30,913 nt of DNA, taken from the NCBI GenBank assembly GCA_049608825.1, contig JBMYXW010000001.1, positions 2,789-33,701 on the forward strand, read 5' to 3'. A program made the translations under genes and the position numbers. The stretch comes from Chitinophagales bacterium. Its GTDB lineage: Bacteria; Bacteroidota; Bacteroidia; Chitinophagales; UBA2359. The stretch's first letter is position 1; each line of letters opens with the position of its first letter. Below are positions 1 to 9,195 of the stretch, piece by piece. Below the pieces are notes generated by a model. That model made no database searches. It had not been told where the DNA came from and was given only the letters and a program-made list of their open reading frames with translations.

Positions 1-3000
1 GTACTTTACAATGCCGAATCGTCCAGCGACCCCGTTTTTTATGGATTCCAAATCGACTCCAAAAGTAACACTTTGCCAACTGCTTGTTATGCCGTAGCCA
101 CTTTACATTTTGAGAATGTAGAAATTATTGGAGACAATGGAGATAAAGCAGCCATATTGCTATATGGTGACCCTGTTTTGGGAGCAGGCGTAGGTACAGA
201 AGGGGTTTGTAATGACCCAACAAACGCATTGGCAGGTTTTAATATAGGAACAACCGATTATGCTGCTTTTCGGGTGAATATTTCGCAGGCAATGGCAAAT
301 ACGACAGGAGATGGGGAAGTATTGAACTATCCAAGTGGTACACTGCCCAATGGTTATTATTACTTGGCGATTCAAGGAGAAAATGGTTCATTGGTGAAAT
401 TTGACCTAAGAATAGAAGTGGATTATCAAGGAACATGCAAGCTTGAAACAAGTTGCGGAGCATGTGATTTGAGTTTTACAGCAAACGACAACTGTTCGGG
501 AGACGGAAGTGCCAATACGGTTATTCAGATTAATGGAGAGATAGACTTAGCGATTAATGAACCCATTGTGACAATAAAAGGAAACCCTGCCTTAGAGGGA
601 AGTGATTATACCATCAATAAAGATAACAAAACCATTTCATTGAATCCAAATGCAGCATCACATGAAGATTATTATGAAATTAAAATAGGCAACAATGTAT
701 GTACTTCAGTCTATCAAGATACGATACAATGTTGTTATTTAGAAACAGATAACACAACGGCTATATCCTTGTGTAAAGGAAATGAATACACTGTCAGCAC
801 CTCCAATGTCCAACTAAATGACGAACAGAATAAGGTATTTTGGGTATTGACAGCAGGTACTTTGGGGGTAAACGATGAAGTGGGAGTCTTCAATGCGCTA
901 AAATCTTATCCAGGTTCATCCATCGTATTTTCAAACGATGGCAGTTTATTGACTGGTACTTACAGTCTTACACCTTACATCGGAACATCCACTCTCAGTA
1001 ATAGAAGCTATACCTCCATTAAAAGTATTTCAAGCAATATCAATACTGGAGAGATTAATACTGACCAAACGGTTGATCCTTTTACTATTGAGGATATTCC
1101 CTTTGACAGCAATACCAAAGTAAAATACACTGTCTCCATTGCAGGAATAGAAGAAGAAGATAAATTGATAGAACCTGCTTATAAATTTCCTGACGGAAAT
1201 GGAGACCAAACAACAATCAAAAAAAGTACTTCAATTGTGGGAGAATTGCAGTTTAGTACCTTGATTGAAGGAAATCCAAATGGAGACTATTCTTTATTTA
1301 TACCAGAGGGTATTGATATAGGTAGTAATATGAAGGTCACTTTTGGAATTGAGATTTTGGATATCCCAATAGGTGCTGTTGCAGAAGATTGTACGGCTTT
1401 TGGCGATCCCATTCTCATTGATATAGTTGCGCCTGTTACTTACACGAAACGAGAGTTCTGTTCAGGGGTGGATGGTTCTGTAATCATTGAATTAAGTGGT
1501 GGTAGTGGTAATTACAACGCATGGGTGGATGGTTCTCCTGTATCCACACCAATATTTGAGATTTCAAATTTGACTCAAGGTGATTCTTACCTTCTCGAAA
1601 TAGAAGATGCTTCTTGTAGTAGTGGTAGTATCTCTAAAAATGAAACCTTCAATTGTGACCCCAGCAACGATTGTATCAACAATGCGATTTCTTTGAATAG
1701 CCAAATTAACGCAACCATCTGTCAATCGGGCTATGCGACTTTCGCTTGTCAAGATTTTGACTACAACCCATTGACAGACGACCAAGCCCCAACAGCCGAT
1801 ATTGTTGGAGGAAATGCTTTGGAATGTGGTACATCCCCTTTCTACGATGTTTGGTTTAACTTTGACATAGACGACACCACACCCGACCTTTGGCTTAATA
1901 TTTATCCAGAAAATTCCAGCGCACAATTTGGTGCAGCTATTTACAGTGGTACACCCAGTCATGTAAATTCTTGTGGTGAGTCTGAATACATTGACTGTTT
2001 GGTGTATGAAGGTTGTTCTATAGGAGAAAATTCTGGTAGTTCTTTGGATATAACAGGTTGTGGCTCGTCTCACACAAGGTTGGATTTAACCCATTTAGAA
2101 ACAGGAATATATCATTTGAGGGTATGGAGAGAAACAGCTGAAGGAGAAGATATTCCTCCAACAGGAGATTTTAGTATTTGTTTGGAATCGACAGAAACAC
2201 ATCCCAATGCACAGGATGGTTGTTCATTCAGTGGTTCAATGGACTTATTGGAAGGCTGTAATGATGATTCTATCATCAATACAGATTATACAACAACCTA
2301 TCCTTGTATTTCCAATGCAGGTATATTGGAAGGAAATGGTTGTGACAATAGTGCTGATTTTTACAACAACACTGCGTTCTATGGATTTGAAATAGATACA
2401 GAGGGCGATAATTGTACTGCTAAGGTAGAGTTGACTTTTGAGAATTTAATGATTGAAGGAGGAGCAGATGCCAAAGTTGAATTATATGGACCTTTCTCCA
2501 GTACAATTTCAACAGGATTGTGTGACACTCCTGTTTTAGAAGAACAAAATATTTCTAATGTAAATCCACTGATTAAGAGTGATTTAGTCGAAGGGATGTA
2601 TTATTTTAGTATTGCAGGATACAAAGGAGCATTGGTTCAGTTTGATTTAAAAATAGAGGTAAACTACAACACTAATTGCAGCTTCAATAGAGACTGTGGA
2701 AGTTGTCCAACAGAACCTACTTTTGAAGTTATTACAGAAGCCACTAATGCTTCTCCTTGCGCCAATCAGAGCTTAACATTAACTGCAAATGTAGATGTTA
2801 GCGATAACTATGATTATAAATGGAATGCACCAGACAATACACTTATTGAGCAAACACAAGTTCCTTTTATTACAATTGACAATCCTCAAACAGGTAATTA
2901 TACAGTTATTGTTACAAATGGAGCAGGATGTTCTGCTGAGGAATCAATCACTATTGATGTATCAGAGAGTTTGCCAGTGATAACTGCCTCTCTCGACAAC

Positions 3001-6000
3001 TGCGATACTTATACTTTGGATGCAGGAGCAGGTTTTGAAACCTATCAATGGAGTATAGGTTCTAATGACTCAATTATTCCAGTCGATAATATCAATGGAA
3101 CCTATACGGTTACAGTCACCAATGAACAGGGATGTACAGGTACAAGTGAGCATACCATAGAAGGCTTTGAAGCAAGTGCAGAGATTGTAGAAGATGGACC
3201 TATTTGTGAAGGAACAATCGTGAATTTCATTGCTGATGGTGGAGTAAGTTATCAATGGGCAGGCCCGAATGGATTTACTTCAACCAAGTCAAACCCCAGC
3301 ACAATTGCAAGTCTCTCCAATGAAGGAATTTACACCGTTACAGTAACAGACAACACGGAATGTACAGAAGTCATCATGGTAGATTTGACAATAGTTCCAA
3401 ATCCTATTCCAACAATCGAAACCCTGCATATAGGCAATGATTGTACAGACTCCAATTATGTATTGGATGCAGGAGCAGTTTTTGTAGCCTATCAATGGTC
3501 AAACGAGCAGACGACTCAAACCATTGCAGGAACAATAGAAGGTATTTATACCATTACTGTCACCAACAATGAAGGCTGTACAGGAACGACCAGTATTGAA
3601 CATATCTTCTATTCTCCACCTTCGGTTGAGATAAAAGGTAAAGAAGTCTTTTGTGAAGAAAATGTAGTATTGACTGCTCAATCCGAACAGGCAGCCTACT
3701 ATGATTGGTCGTCAGGTGATAGCACTGAAACTATTGCCGCAACCAATATAGGTACTTATACTATCACGATTACAGATGAAAATGGATGTACAGGAAGTGC
3801 TTCACATTCTATTGAAGCCTGTCCTCCTTGTTTGGTAGAATTACCTGCAGATTTTTTGATGCCCTGCAATGCGCCTTTAGTGGCTTTGGTAGCAGATACG
3901 ATAATAGGTACTCCTAATAGTTATTTATGGTCAACAGGCGAAAGCAGTCAGAGTATTCATGTTAGCCAACCAGGTATCTATAGTCTAAGTATCGTAGGTG
4001 ATAATTGTGAGTCTGTTGATACTATAGAAGTATTGCCACCACTCGTTTTGTTTTCAAATATAGAGCCTAATCCTGCAGAGATTTGCATAGGAGACAGCAT
4101 AAAATTGGTTTTAACAGAAGATTTCGATGCTTATAATTGGTCAAATGGGGAAACAACTCAAAGTATTATTGCTCAAATAGGCGATTATACTGTAACGGTA
4201 ACAAATGATGAGGGTTGTTCGGGAACAATGAGTGTGGAAGTATCAGAGGATGATTGTACGGTAAATTGTGAGGTGAGTGCTGTGATTACCGCCCCTACTG
4301 CAAGTATTTGTGAAGGGGAAAGTGTTGTTTTGACTGCAAGTGGAGGAGAAAATTTTGAGGGAATGTATGCTTGGTCGAATGGCGATACTGGACAAACAGT
4401 AGATGTCAGTATTGGAGGAACTTATACCGTTACCATTACAGATGAAAGTAATTGCACAGGAACAGGAGAGGTGACTGTTGAAGTAAATCCTTTGCCTATT
4501 CCTTCTATTACAGGGAATACAATTGTCTGTCCTGTAGATGGTTTGACAAGTATTTTGTATGCAGCTCCAATGTCTGAAGGGTATGAATATCTTTGGTCTA
4601 ATGGAGCAATTAGGGACAGTATTGAAGTAAGTGTAGGAGGTGTTTATACTGTAACAGTGACAGATGAGAATACTACTTGTAGTGCAAATACTTCTGTTGA
4701 AGTGATTGAAAACTGTGAAGAAGTTTGTACGATAGAAACTGTGATTGCCCCCGCTTCTGCAAATATTTGCGAGGGAGACTCTATTGTTTTGACTGCAAGT
4801 GTAGAAAATATAGAAGAAAATGTTGAAGCAATGTATGTTTGGTCAAATGGCGAAACGAATCAGACCATTTTAGTAAATCAAGTAGCTACTTATACAGTGA
4901 CTGTCAGCAATGATATTTGTTCAATAAGCACAAATGTTACTATTGGTTCATTGCCAGATATTTCTCTTTCCGCTACTGATTCAGGCACTCCCTGTACCAG
5001 TGACCATTATGTTACTTTAGAAACTATTGCAAAGAATTGGAATACACCTACTTATAAATGGTCGAACAATGCAAGTACTCAAACCATAAACGTTACTCAA
5101 ACGGAGTCTTATACTGTAACAGTGACAGACCGAGGCGGCTGTAGTGCGACTGATTTATTAGCAGTTACAGTATTGTCATTACCGAATCCAGAAATAGAAG
5201 GAAATTTGGAATTTTGCGAAGGTTCAAATACGATTCTTTCAGTTATAGAAACCTACAATAATTACACTTGGTCGAATGGTAGTTCTGAACAAAGTATCAA
5301 TGTCAACATTGCAGGCACTTACACTGTCACTATTCAAGATGACAATGACTGTACAGGTACAGCAGAAGTGACAATTAGTGAGGTTGATAGTTTGACACCA
5401 AATGTTAGCGGAAACGATTTTTGTGAAGGTTCAAGTGCGACACTTTCTGTTGATGAAGTATTTACTACTTATACTTGGTCGAATGGTGACTCTGGACAAA
5501 ATATTGATGTGATTATTGGAGGAACTTACATTGTCACAGTTGAAGATGCAAGTGGTTGTACAGGTACAGGAGAAGTGACGGTTAGTGAAGTTGGTATTTT
5601 GACACCAACGGTCAATGGAAATGATTTTTGTGAGGGTTCAAATACGACTCTTTCTGTTGATGAAGTATTTACTACTTATACTTGGTCGAATGGCGATTTT
5701 GGACAAGAAATTGATGTTACTATTGCAGGCACTTACACCGTCACAGTTGAAGATGCAAGTGGTTGTACAGGTACAGGAGAAGTGACGGTTAATGAAATAA
5801 GTAGTTTGACACCAACGGTAAATGGAGGTGATTTTTGTGAAGGCTCAAATGCGACTCTTTCTGTTCCCGAAACCTTCAATACTTACACTTGGTCGAATGG
5901 CAGTTCTGGAGAAACTACAAGTATTGGTAGTACAGGAATTTATTCGGTAACAGTAACAGATTCTAACGGGTGCAGTGGATTGGGCAGTATTTCAGTTACA

Positions 6001-8982
6001 AGCAACTGTCCAGAAGAAGAATGTGATCCACTTGTGAATTTTGATTTGGAGGATTCTTATTGTTTGAACACGACTTTATATTTGTACGACAGTCTATCAG
6101 TTACTGCGGATAGTTCAGGGAGTTGGTATGTAGCAGCTCCTCCTTCACAGTATAATCACTTTCTAGAAGATGGAATTTTAGAACTCAAAAATCCAGGAGA
6201 ATACACTATTATTTATAAGTTGGATGAATTTACTACCTGTTCAAGGACTATAGATGTGGCTGATCTAAAAGATATAGATTTAAATTACAGTGTGTTTAGT
6301 TGCGAACAACACGATGTTGTGATAGAAATAACTAATCCTGAAATGGATTGGAAGTATCAATGGTCGAATGGAGATACAGATACAAGCATTGCTACAAATA
6401 TCAACACTACTACTGCTTACACTGTGACAGTAACAAATGAAGCAGGTTGTACCACTACTGCTTCAACAACAGTGACCATTGGAGAACTGCCAAATCTTGA
6501 TATATTATTTATTAGTAATCTCAATCTTGGTAATGTAGTTGGAATCACTCAGAGTGACTCAATTACATTAATTGCAGATATAGAGAATGTAAATGAGATA
6601 CCAAATTATGAGTGGAGTACAGGTGAAACAAGTGAGACCATTTCTGTTACACCACTAGAAACAACAACTTACACGCTTCAAGCAACATTGAGTAATGGCT
6701 GTGTCCTTACTACTGAGGTAATTGTAGAAGTAACAATACCTATGAACTGTGTGGATGCGGTAAAAATATGTGATAAAACCAAGAAGTCTTTTATTAGTAA
6801 TGGTTCTGGGGTGGAAGAACTTGAAAATGAAACTATAAGAGGCTGTTTAGCAAATAGTGAGGTAAATTCGATTTGGTTGAAAATTCAAATAGGAATGGAC
6901 AATCCTTGTGACACTCTCTTGTTTTTTACTATTACACCTAATACACCAACAGACAAATATAGCTTTGCGATTTATGATTCGCTATGCGGTAATCTTGATG
7001 CGCCTATTCGATGTACTGATTTTAGAGGAAATCAAGCAACAGGGATAGGTTTGGATCGCTATTCAACAGATGATTCAGAAGAGTGGCTGGATGTGGATGC
7101 AGATGGCTTATTGAGACCTTTATCTGTCCATCCAGAAGATGTGTATTATTTGTTGGTAAATAATCATGGAGATAACGACGGCTTCACCCTCGAATGGAAA
7201 GATAGCGAGGGGGATAGTCCTGCTAATTTGGGTTGTGAAGACATTGCTCCACATACTATTAGTGCTGAAGATGAAATTATTTGTGAAGGTAGTATTGAGT
7301 TTACACACAGTCCAGTTTCAGAATGTGGTGATTATCAATATATTTTAGTGGATAAGGAGGGGCAAATACAAGGCGTTTTTGATGGAATTATTACTGGGGA
7401 TGCCTTAATAACTGGCATTTATACCATTTATGGAATAATTGATTATGCTGGTCTTGAGATTCCCATAGGAGGTACATTGGAGGATTTAACAGGAGATTTT
7501 GAACTTTCAAGTAATTCTATTTTGATAAACAAAACATGTGGTTCATGCTCTTTACAAAAACTAATACCTGAAATAAATAAACGACTCAACGAAGCGAAGC
7601 AGTATCAGATGGAAGAAACAATCATAGATTTGCAAGCAAAAATTGATGCTATAAAATTATATGTATTGGAGGATTCAGAAGGAGCTATACCCGATTTTGA
7701 CATAGATTTCCTAAGTATAGTCATTGATGCGAACAGCCTACAAACCAGCTGTGATTCCACTTATTTTGAGGTTTTTGCAGATTCGATTGTATATGACAAT
7801 TCCAAACCTCGCGAATATGCCTATGTCGGAGAGGATACACTTTCATATACCATTAGTTATCCTGGATGTGGTGAAATTAAAGAACAATTTACCATTGACA
7901 TTCGCCCTCCTCAATGTGGTATAGCCCTAGAGGGGAGCAGCGATTGTGAAACAGTTTATCTTCAGTTAGAAAATCCTATTGGAATAGAGGATAGTTTATG
8001 GGCTTATCAATGTAAAATTGAAGGAAACAATGGAACAAATGGTGAATGGATTCCGATAGAAGATGTTGTTTTGAATCCAAATACAAATTATTCGATTTCT
8101 ATGCAAGCTGTACAAAAGACCAATAATAACATACCTATTTTTCATGGTAGTAATGCCGATGTGTGTGATTATACCCTTACGACTCCCTCTCTTGATTTGC
8201 TATCTGTTGATATAGAAGAAACTTGTTTTGAGAATGGAGACGCTTCTTTAACTGCCATTGTAGGAGGGAGTATTATGGATGTTGCTTATCAATGGTCTTC
8301 AGGCGAAACGACCCCTCAAATTGAAGTACCTCAATCCGTAACAACAAAGGATTACAGTGTAACTGTGACAGGAATAGGAACTAATTGTGTCACAACTGAT
8401 TCTGCATACAATGTTGGATCCCCTGATATAAGTATTGAATATGCAGATGAGAGTCGTTGTTTGGCAATCCTCAGCATTAAGAATGAGATTCCTGAAAGTA
8501 TTACCTGCTACAATGGGGAGGAAGAAAAAGAGGAGCAGATTTCAGAGGAAGATTGTTGGTGGAACGAGGAAGAACAGCGGTATAAGTGCAAACTGACCTT
8601 GCTTCAACCCTATGAGGAAGAGAGTCAGATATTTGTTCAAGACAGTTCAGGGTGTAGAGATAGCATTACTATCTTCAATTGTGTACCTGATGTAAAAGTT
8701 GTTAAACCAAATCCTTCAACTGGTTTGTTCACAGTAGAATTGACGGGTATTCCCATGGAAACGCCGATTCGATATGCTGTATTTAGCTTTGACCGTCGAT
8801 TGGTATTGAAGTCGGATGGTTATGAGAACCCCTCCAATCAAATATTTGATAATTGGCGAACCATCAACATTGACTTGGATGACCGTTTTCCAAGTGGAAT
8901 GTATTTTGTGCGTTTTGAAGTAAAAATAGAAGGATTGGAAAATCCTATCTATTTTTATGAAAAATTATTGAAGATAAGGTAA
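1..8982 (+). CDS. Giant T9SS type A sorting-domain surface protein/adhesin (5'-partial), with Cys-rich PPC-like domains and about 18 SprB/PKD-like Ig repeats
   Basis: Frame 1 is open from base 1 (VLYNAESSSDPVFYGFQIDSKSNTLPT...), so the TTG at 73 is not the real start. There are about 18 YxWS(N/T)G..Q.I.V...GTYTVTVT..xGC repeats and PxNDxCxxA-type and NCxDAxxxC...GFTLEW domains. The C-terminus KPNPSTGLFTVEL...GMYFVRF...KLLKIR matches the T9SS type A CTD pattern. Confidence 0.9.
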   Translation, partial: VLYNAESSSDPVFYGFQIDSKSNTLPTACYAVATLHFENVEIIGDNGDKAAILLYGDPVLGAGVGTEGVCNDPTNALAGFNIGTTDYAAFRVNISQAMANTTGDGEVLNYPSGTLPNGYYYLAIQGENGSLVKFDLRIEVDYQGTCKLETSCGACDLSFTANDNCSGDGSANTVIQINGEIDLAINEPIVTIKGNPALEGSDYTINKDNKTISLNPNAASHEDYYEIKIGNNVCTSVYQDTIQCCYLETDNTTAISLCKGNEYTVSTSNVQLNDEQNKVFWVLTAGTLGVNDEVGVFNALKSYPGSSIVFSNDGSLLTGTYSLTPYIGTSTLSNRSYTSIKSISSNINTGEINTDQTVDPFTIEDIPFDSNTKVKYTVSIAGIEEEDKLIEPAYKFPDGNGDQTTIKKSTSIVGELQFSTLIEGNPNGDYSLFIPEGIDIGSNMKVTFGIEILDIPIGAVAEDCTAFGDPILIDIVAPVTYTKREFCSGVDGSVIIELSGGSGNYNAWVDGSPVSTPIFEISNLTQGDSYLLEIEDASCSSGSISKNETFNCDPSNDCINNAISLNSQINATICQSGYATFACQDFDYNPLTDDQAPTADIVGGNALECGTSPFYDVWFNFDIDDTTPDLWLNIYPENSSAQFGAAIYSGTPSHVNSCGESEYIDCLVYEGCSIGENSGSSLDITGCGSSHTRLDLTHLETGIYHLRVWRETAEGEDIPPTGDFSICLESTETHPNAQDGCSFSGSMDLLEGCNDDSIINTDYTTTYPCISNAGILEGNGCDNSADFYNNTAFYGFEIDTEGDNCTAKVELTFENLMIEGGADAKVELYGPFSSTISTGLCDTPVLEEQNISNVNPLIKSDLVEGMYYFSIAGYKGALVQFDLKIEVNYNTNCSFNRDCGSCPTEPTFEVITEATNASPCANQSLTLTANVDVSDNYDYKWNAPDNTLIEQTQVPFITIDNPQTGNYTVIVTNGAGCSAEESITIDVSESLPVITASLDNCDTYTLDAGAGFETYQWSIGSNDSIIPVDNINGTYTVTVTNEQGCTGTSEHTIEGFEASAEIVEDGPICEGTIVNFIADGGVSYQWAGPNGFTSTKSNPSTIASLSNEGIYTVTVTDNTECTEVIMVDLTIVPNPIPTIETLHIGNDCTDSNYVLDAGAVFVAYQWSNEQTTQTIAGTIEGIYTITVTNNEGCTGTTSIEHIFYSPPSVEIKGKEVFCEENVVLTAQSEQAAYYDWSSGDSTETIAATNIGTYTITITDENGCTGSASHSIEACPPCLVELPADFLMPCNAPLVALVADTIIGTPNSYLWSTGESSQSIHVSQPGIYSLSIVGDNCESVDTIEVLPPLVLFSNIEPNPAEICIGDSIKLVLTEDFDAYNWSNGETTQSIIAQIGDYTVTVTNDEGCSGTMSVEVSEDDCTVNCEVSAVITAPTASICEGESVVLTASGGENFEGMYAWSNGDTGQTVDVSIGGTYTVTITDESNCTGTGEVTVEVNPLPIPSITGNTIVCPVDGLTSILYAAPMSEGYEYLWSNGAIRDSIEVSVGGVYTVTVTDENTTCSANTSVEVIENCEEVCTIETVIAPASANICEGDSIVLTASVENIEENVEAMYVWSNGETNQTILVNQVATYTVTVSNDICSISTNVTIGSLPDISLSATDSGTPCTSDHYVTLETIAKNWNTPTYKWSNNASTQTINVTQTESYTVTVTDRGGCSATDLLAVTVLSLPNPEIEGNLEFCEGSNTILSVIETYNNYTWSNGSSEQSINVNIAGTYTVTIQDDNDCTGTAEVTISEVDSLTPNVSGNDFCEGSSATLSVDEVFTTYTWSNGDSGQNIDVIIGGTYIVTVEDASGCTGTGEVTVSEVGILTPTVNGNDFCEGSNTTLSVDEVFTTYTWSNGDFGQEIDVTIAGTYTVTVEDASGCTGTGEVTVNEISSLTPTVNGGDFCEGSNATLSVPETFNTYTWSNGSSGETTSIGSTGIYSVTVTDSNGCSGLGSISVTSNCPEEECDPLVNFDLEDSYCLNTTLYLYDSLSVTADSSGSWYVAAPPSQYNHFLEDGILELKNPGEYTIIYKLDEFTTCSRTIDVADLKDIDLNYSVFSCEQHDVVIEITNPEMDWKYQWSNGDTDTSIATNINTTTAYTVTVTNEAGCTTTASTTVTIGELPNLDILFISNLNLGNVVGITQSDSITLIADIENVNEIPNYEWSTGETSETISVTPLETTTYTLQATLSNGCVLTTEVIVEVTIPMNCVDAVKICDKTKKSFISNGSGVEELENETIRGCLANSEVNSIWLKIQIGMDNPCDTLLFFTITPNTPTDKYSFAIYDSLCGNLDAPIRCTDFRGNQATGIGLDRYSTDDSEEWLDVDADGLLRPLSVHPEDVYYLLVNNHGDNDGFTLEWKDSEGDSPANLGCEDIAPHTISAEDEIICEGSIEFTHSPVSECGDYQYILVDKEGQIQGVFDGIITGDALITGIYTIYGIIDYAGLEIPIGGTLEDLTGDFELSSNSILINKTCGSCSLQKLIPEINKRLNEAKQYQMEETIIDLQAKIDAIKLYVLEDSEGAIPDFDIDFLSIVIDANSLQTSCDSTYFEVFADSIVYDNSKPREYAYVGEDTLSYTISYPGCGEIKEQFTIDIRPPQCGIALEGSSDCETVYLQLENPIGIEDSLWAYQCKIEGNNGTNGEWIPIEDVVLNPNTNYSISMQAVQKTNNNIPIFHGSNADVCDYTLTTPSLDLLSVDIEETCFENGDASLTAIVGGSIMDVAYQWSSGETTPQIEVPQSVTTKDYSVTVTGIGTNCVTTDSAYNVGSPDISIEYADESRCLAILSIKNEIPESITCYNGEEEKEEQISEEDCWWNEEEQRYKCKLTLLQPYEEESQIFVQDSSGCRDSITIFNCVPDVKVVKPNPSTGLFTVELTGIPMETPIRYAVFSFDRRLVLKSDGYENPSNQIFDNWRTINIDLDDRFPSGMYFVRFEVKIEGLENPIYFYEKLLKIR
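5209..6000 (+). repeat. Intragenic 207-bp (69-aa) tandem repeat, about 4 units
   Basis: The FCEGS motifs recur at a 207-nt period (unit starts 5209, 5416, 5623, 5830). Units 2 and 3 share exact DNA blocks, e.g. tctgttgatgaagtatttactacttatacttggtcgaatgg and gtcacagttgaagatgcaagtggttgtacaggtacaggagaagtgacggtt. Confidence 0.9.
8680..8982 (+). other. T9SS type A C-terminal sorting domain of ORF1
   Basis: CVPDVKVVKPNPSTGLFTVEL...RYAVFSFDRRLV...PSGMYFVRF...KLLKIR. A basic tail follows an acidic passenger. Confidence 0.8.
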
Positions 8983-9010
8983 GGATAACACATAAGAGTA
9001 TGTAGAATTG

Positions 9011-9043
9011 AAGAACCCGCTTTATGGCGGGTTTTTTATTTTT
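9011..9043 (+). terminator. Intrinsic (Rho-independent) terminator after ORF1
   Basis: Stem aacccgc (9014-9020) / gcgggtt (9027-9033), loop tttatg, followed by a T-rich tract, about 30 nt after the ORF1 stop. Confidence 0.85.
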
Positions 9044-9109
9044 AGGCTTTGAGGTTACACTTTTATAAACCAAATGATTTGCCTATTAACGGATAGTGTT
9101 GTTATATTG

Positions 9110-9117
9110 TATTTTTG
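9110..9117 (+). promoter_or_regulatory. Candidate Bacteroidota primary-sigma -7 element (TAnnTTTG) for ORF2
   Basis: TATTTTTG lies 78 nt upstream of the ORF2 ATG. No TTTG sits at the canonical 19-21 nt spacing; the nearest is 28 nt away. Confidence 0.45.
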
Positions 9118-9142
9118 CATCCATAACATCCAATTCCAAAAC

Positions 9143-9170
9143 CGTCTGTCGTTCGTCGTCAGTCGTATTG
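9143..9170 (+). repeat. Heptamer tandem repeat (CGTnnGT)x3-4 in the ORF2 leader
   Basis: cgtctgt cgttcgt cgtcagt cgtattg. Confidence 0.6.
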
Positions 9171-9195
9171 TCCACATATTCAATAAGCCCCCACT

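Noticed and set aside
73-75. TTG start for ORF1 as given in the ORF track
   Set aside because: The frame is open to base 1, the upstream peptide is homologous to an internal repeat, and there is no signal peptide. The gene starts outside the window.
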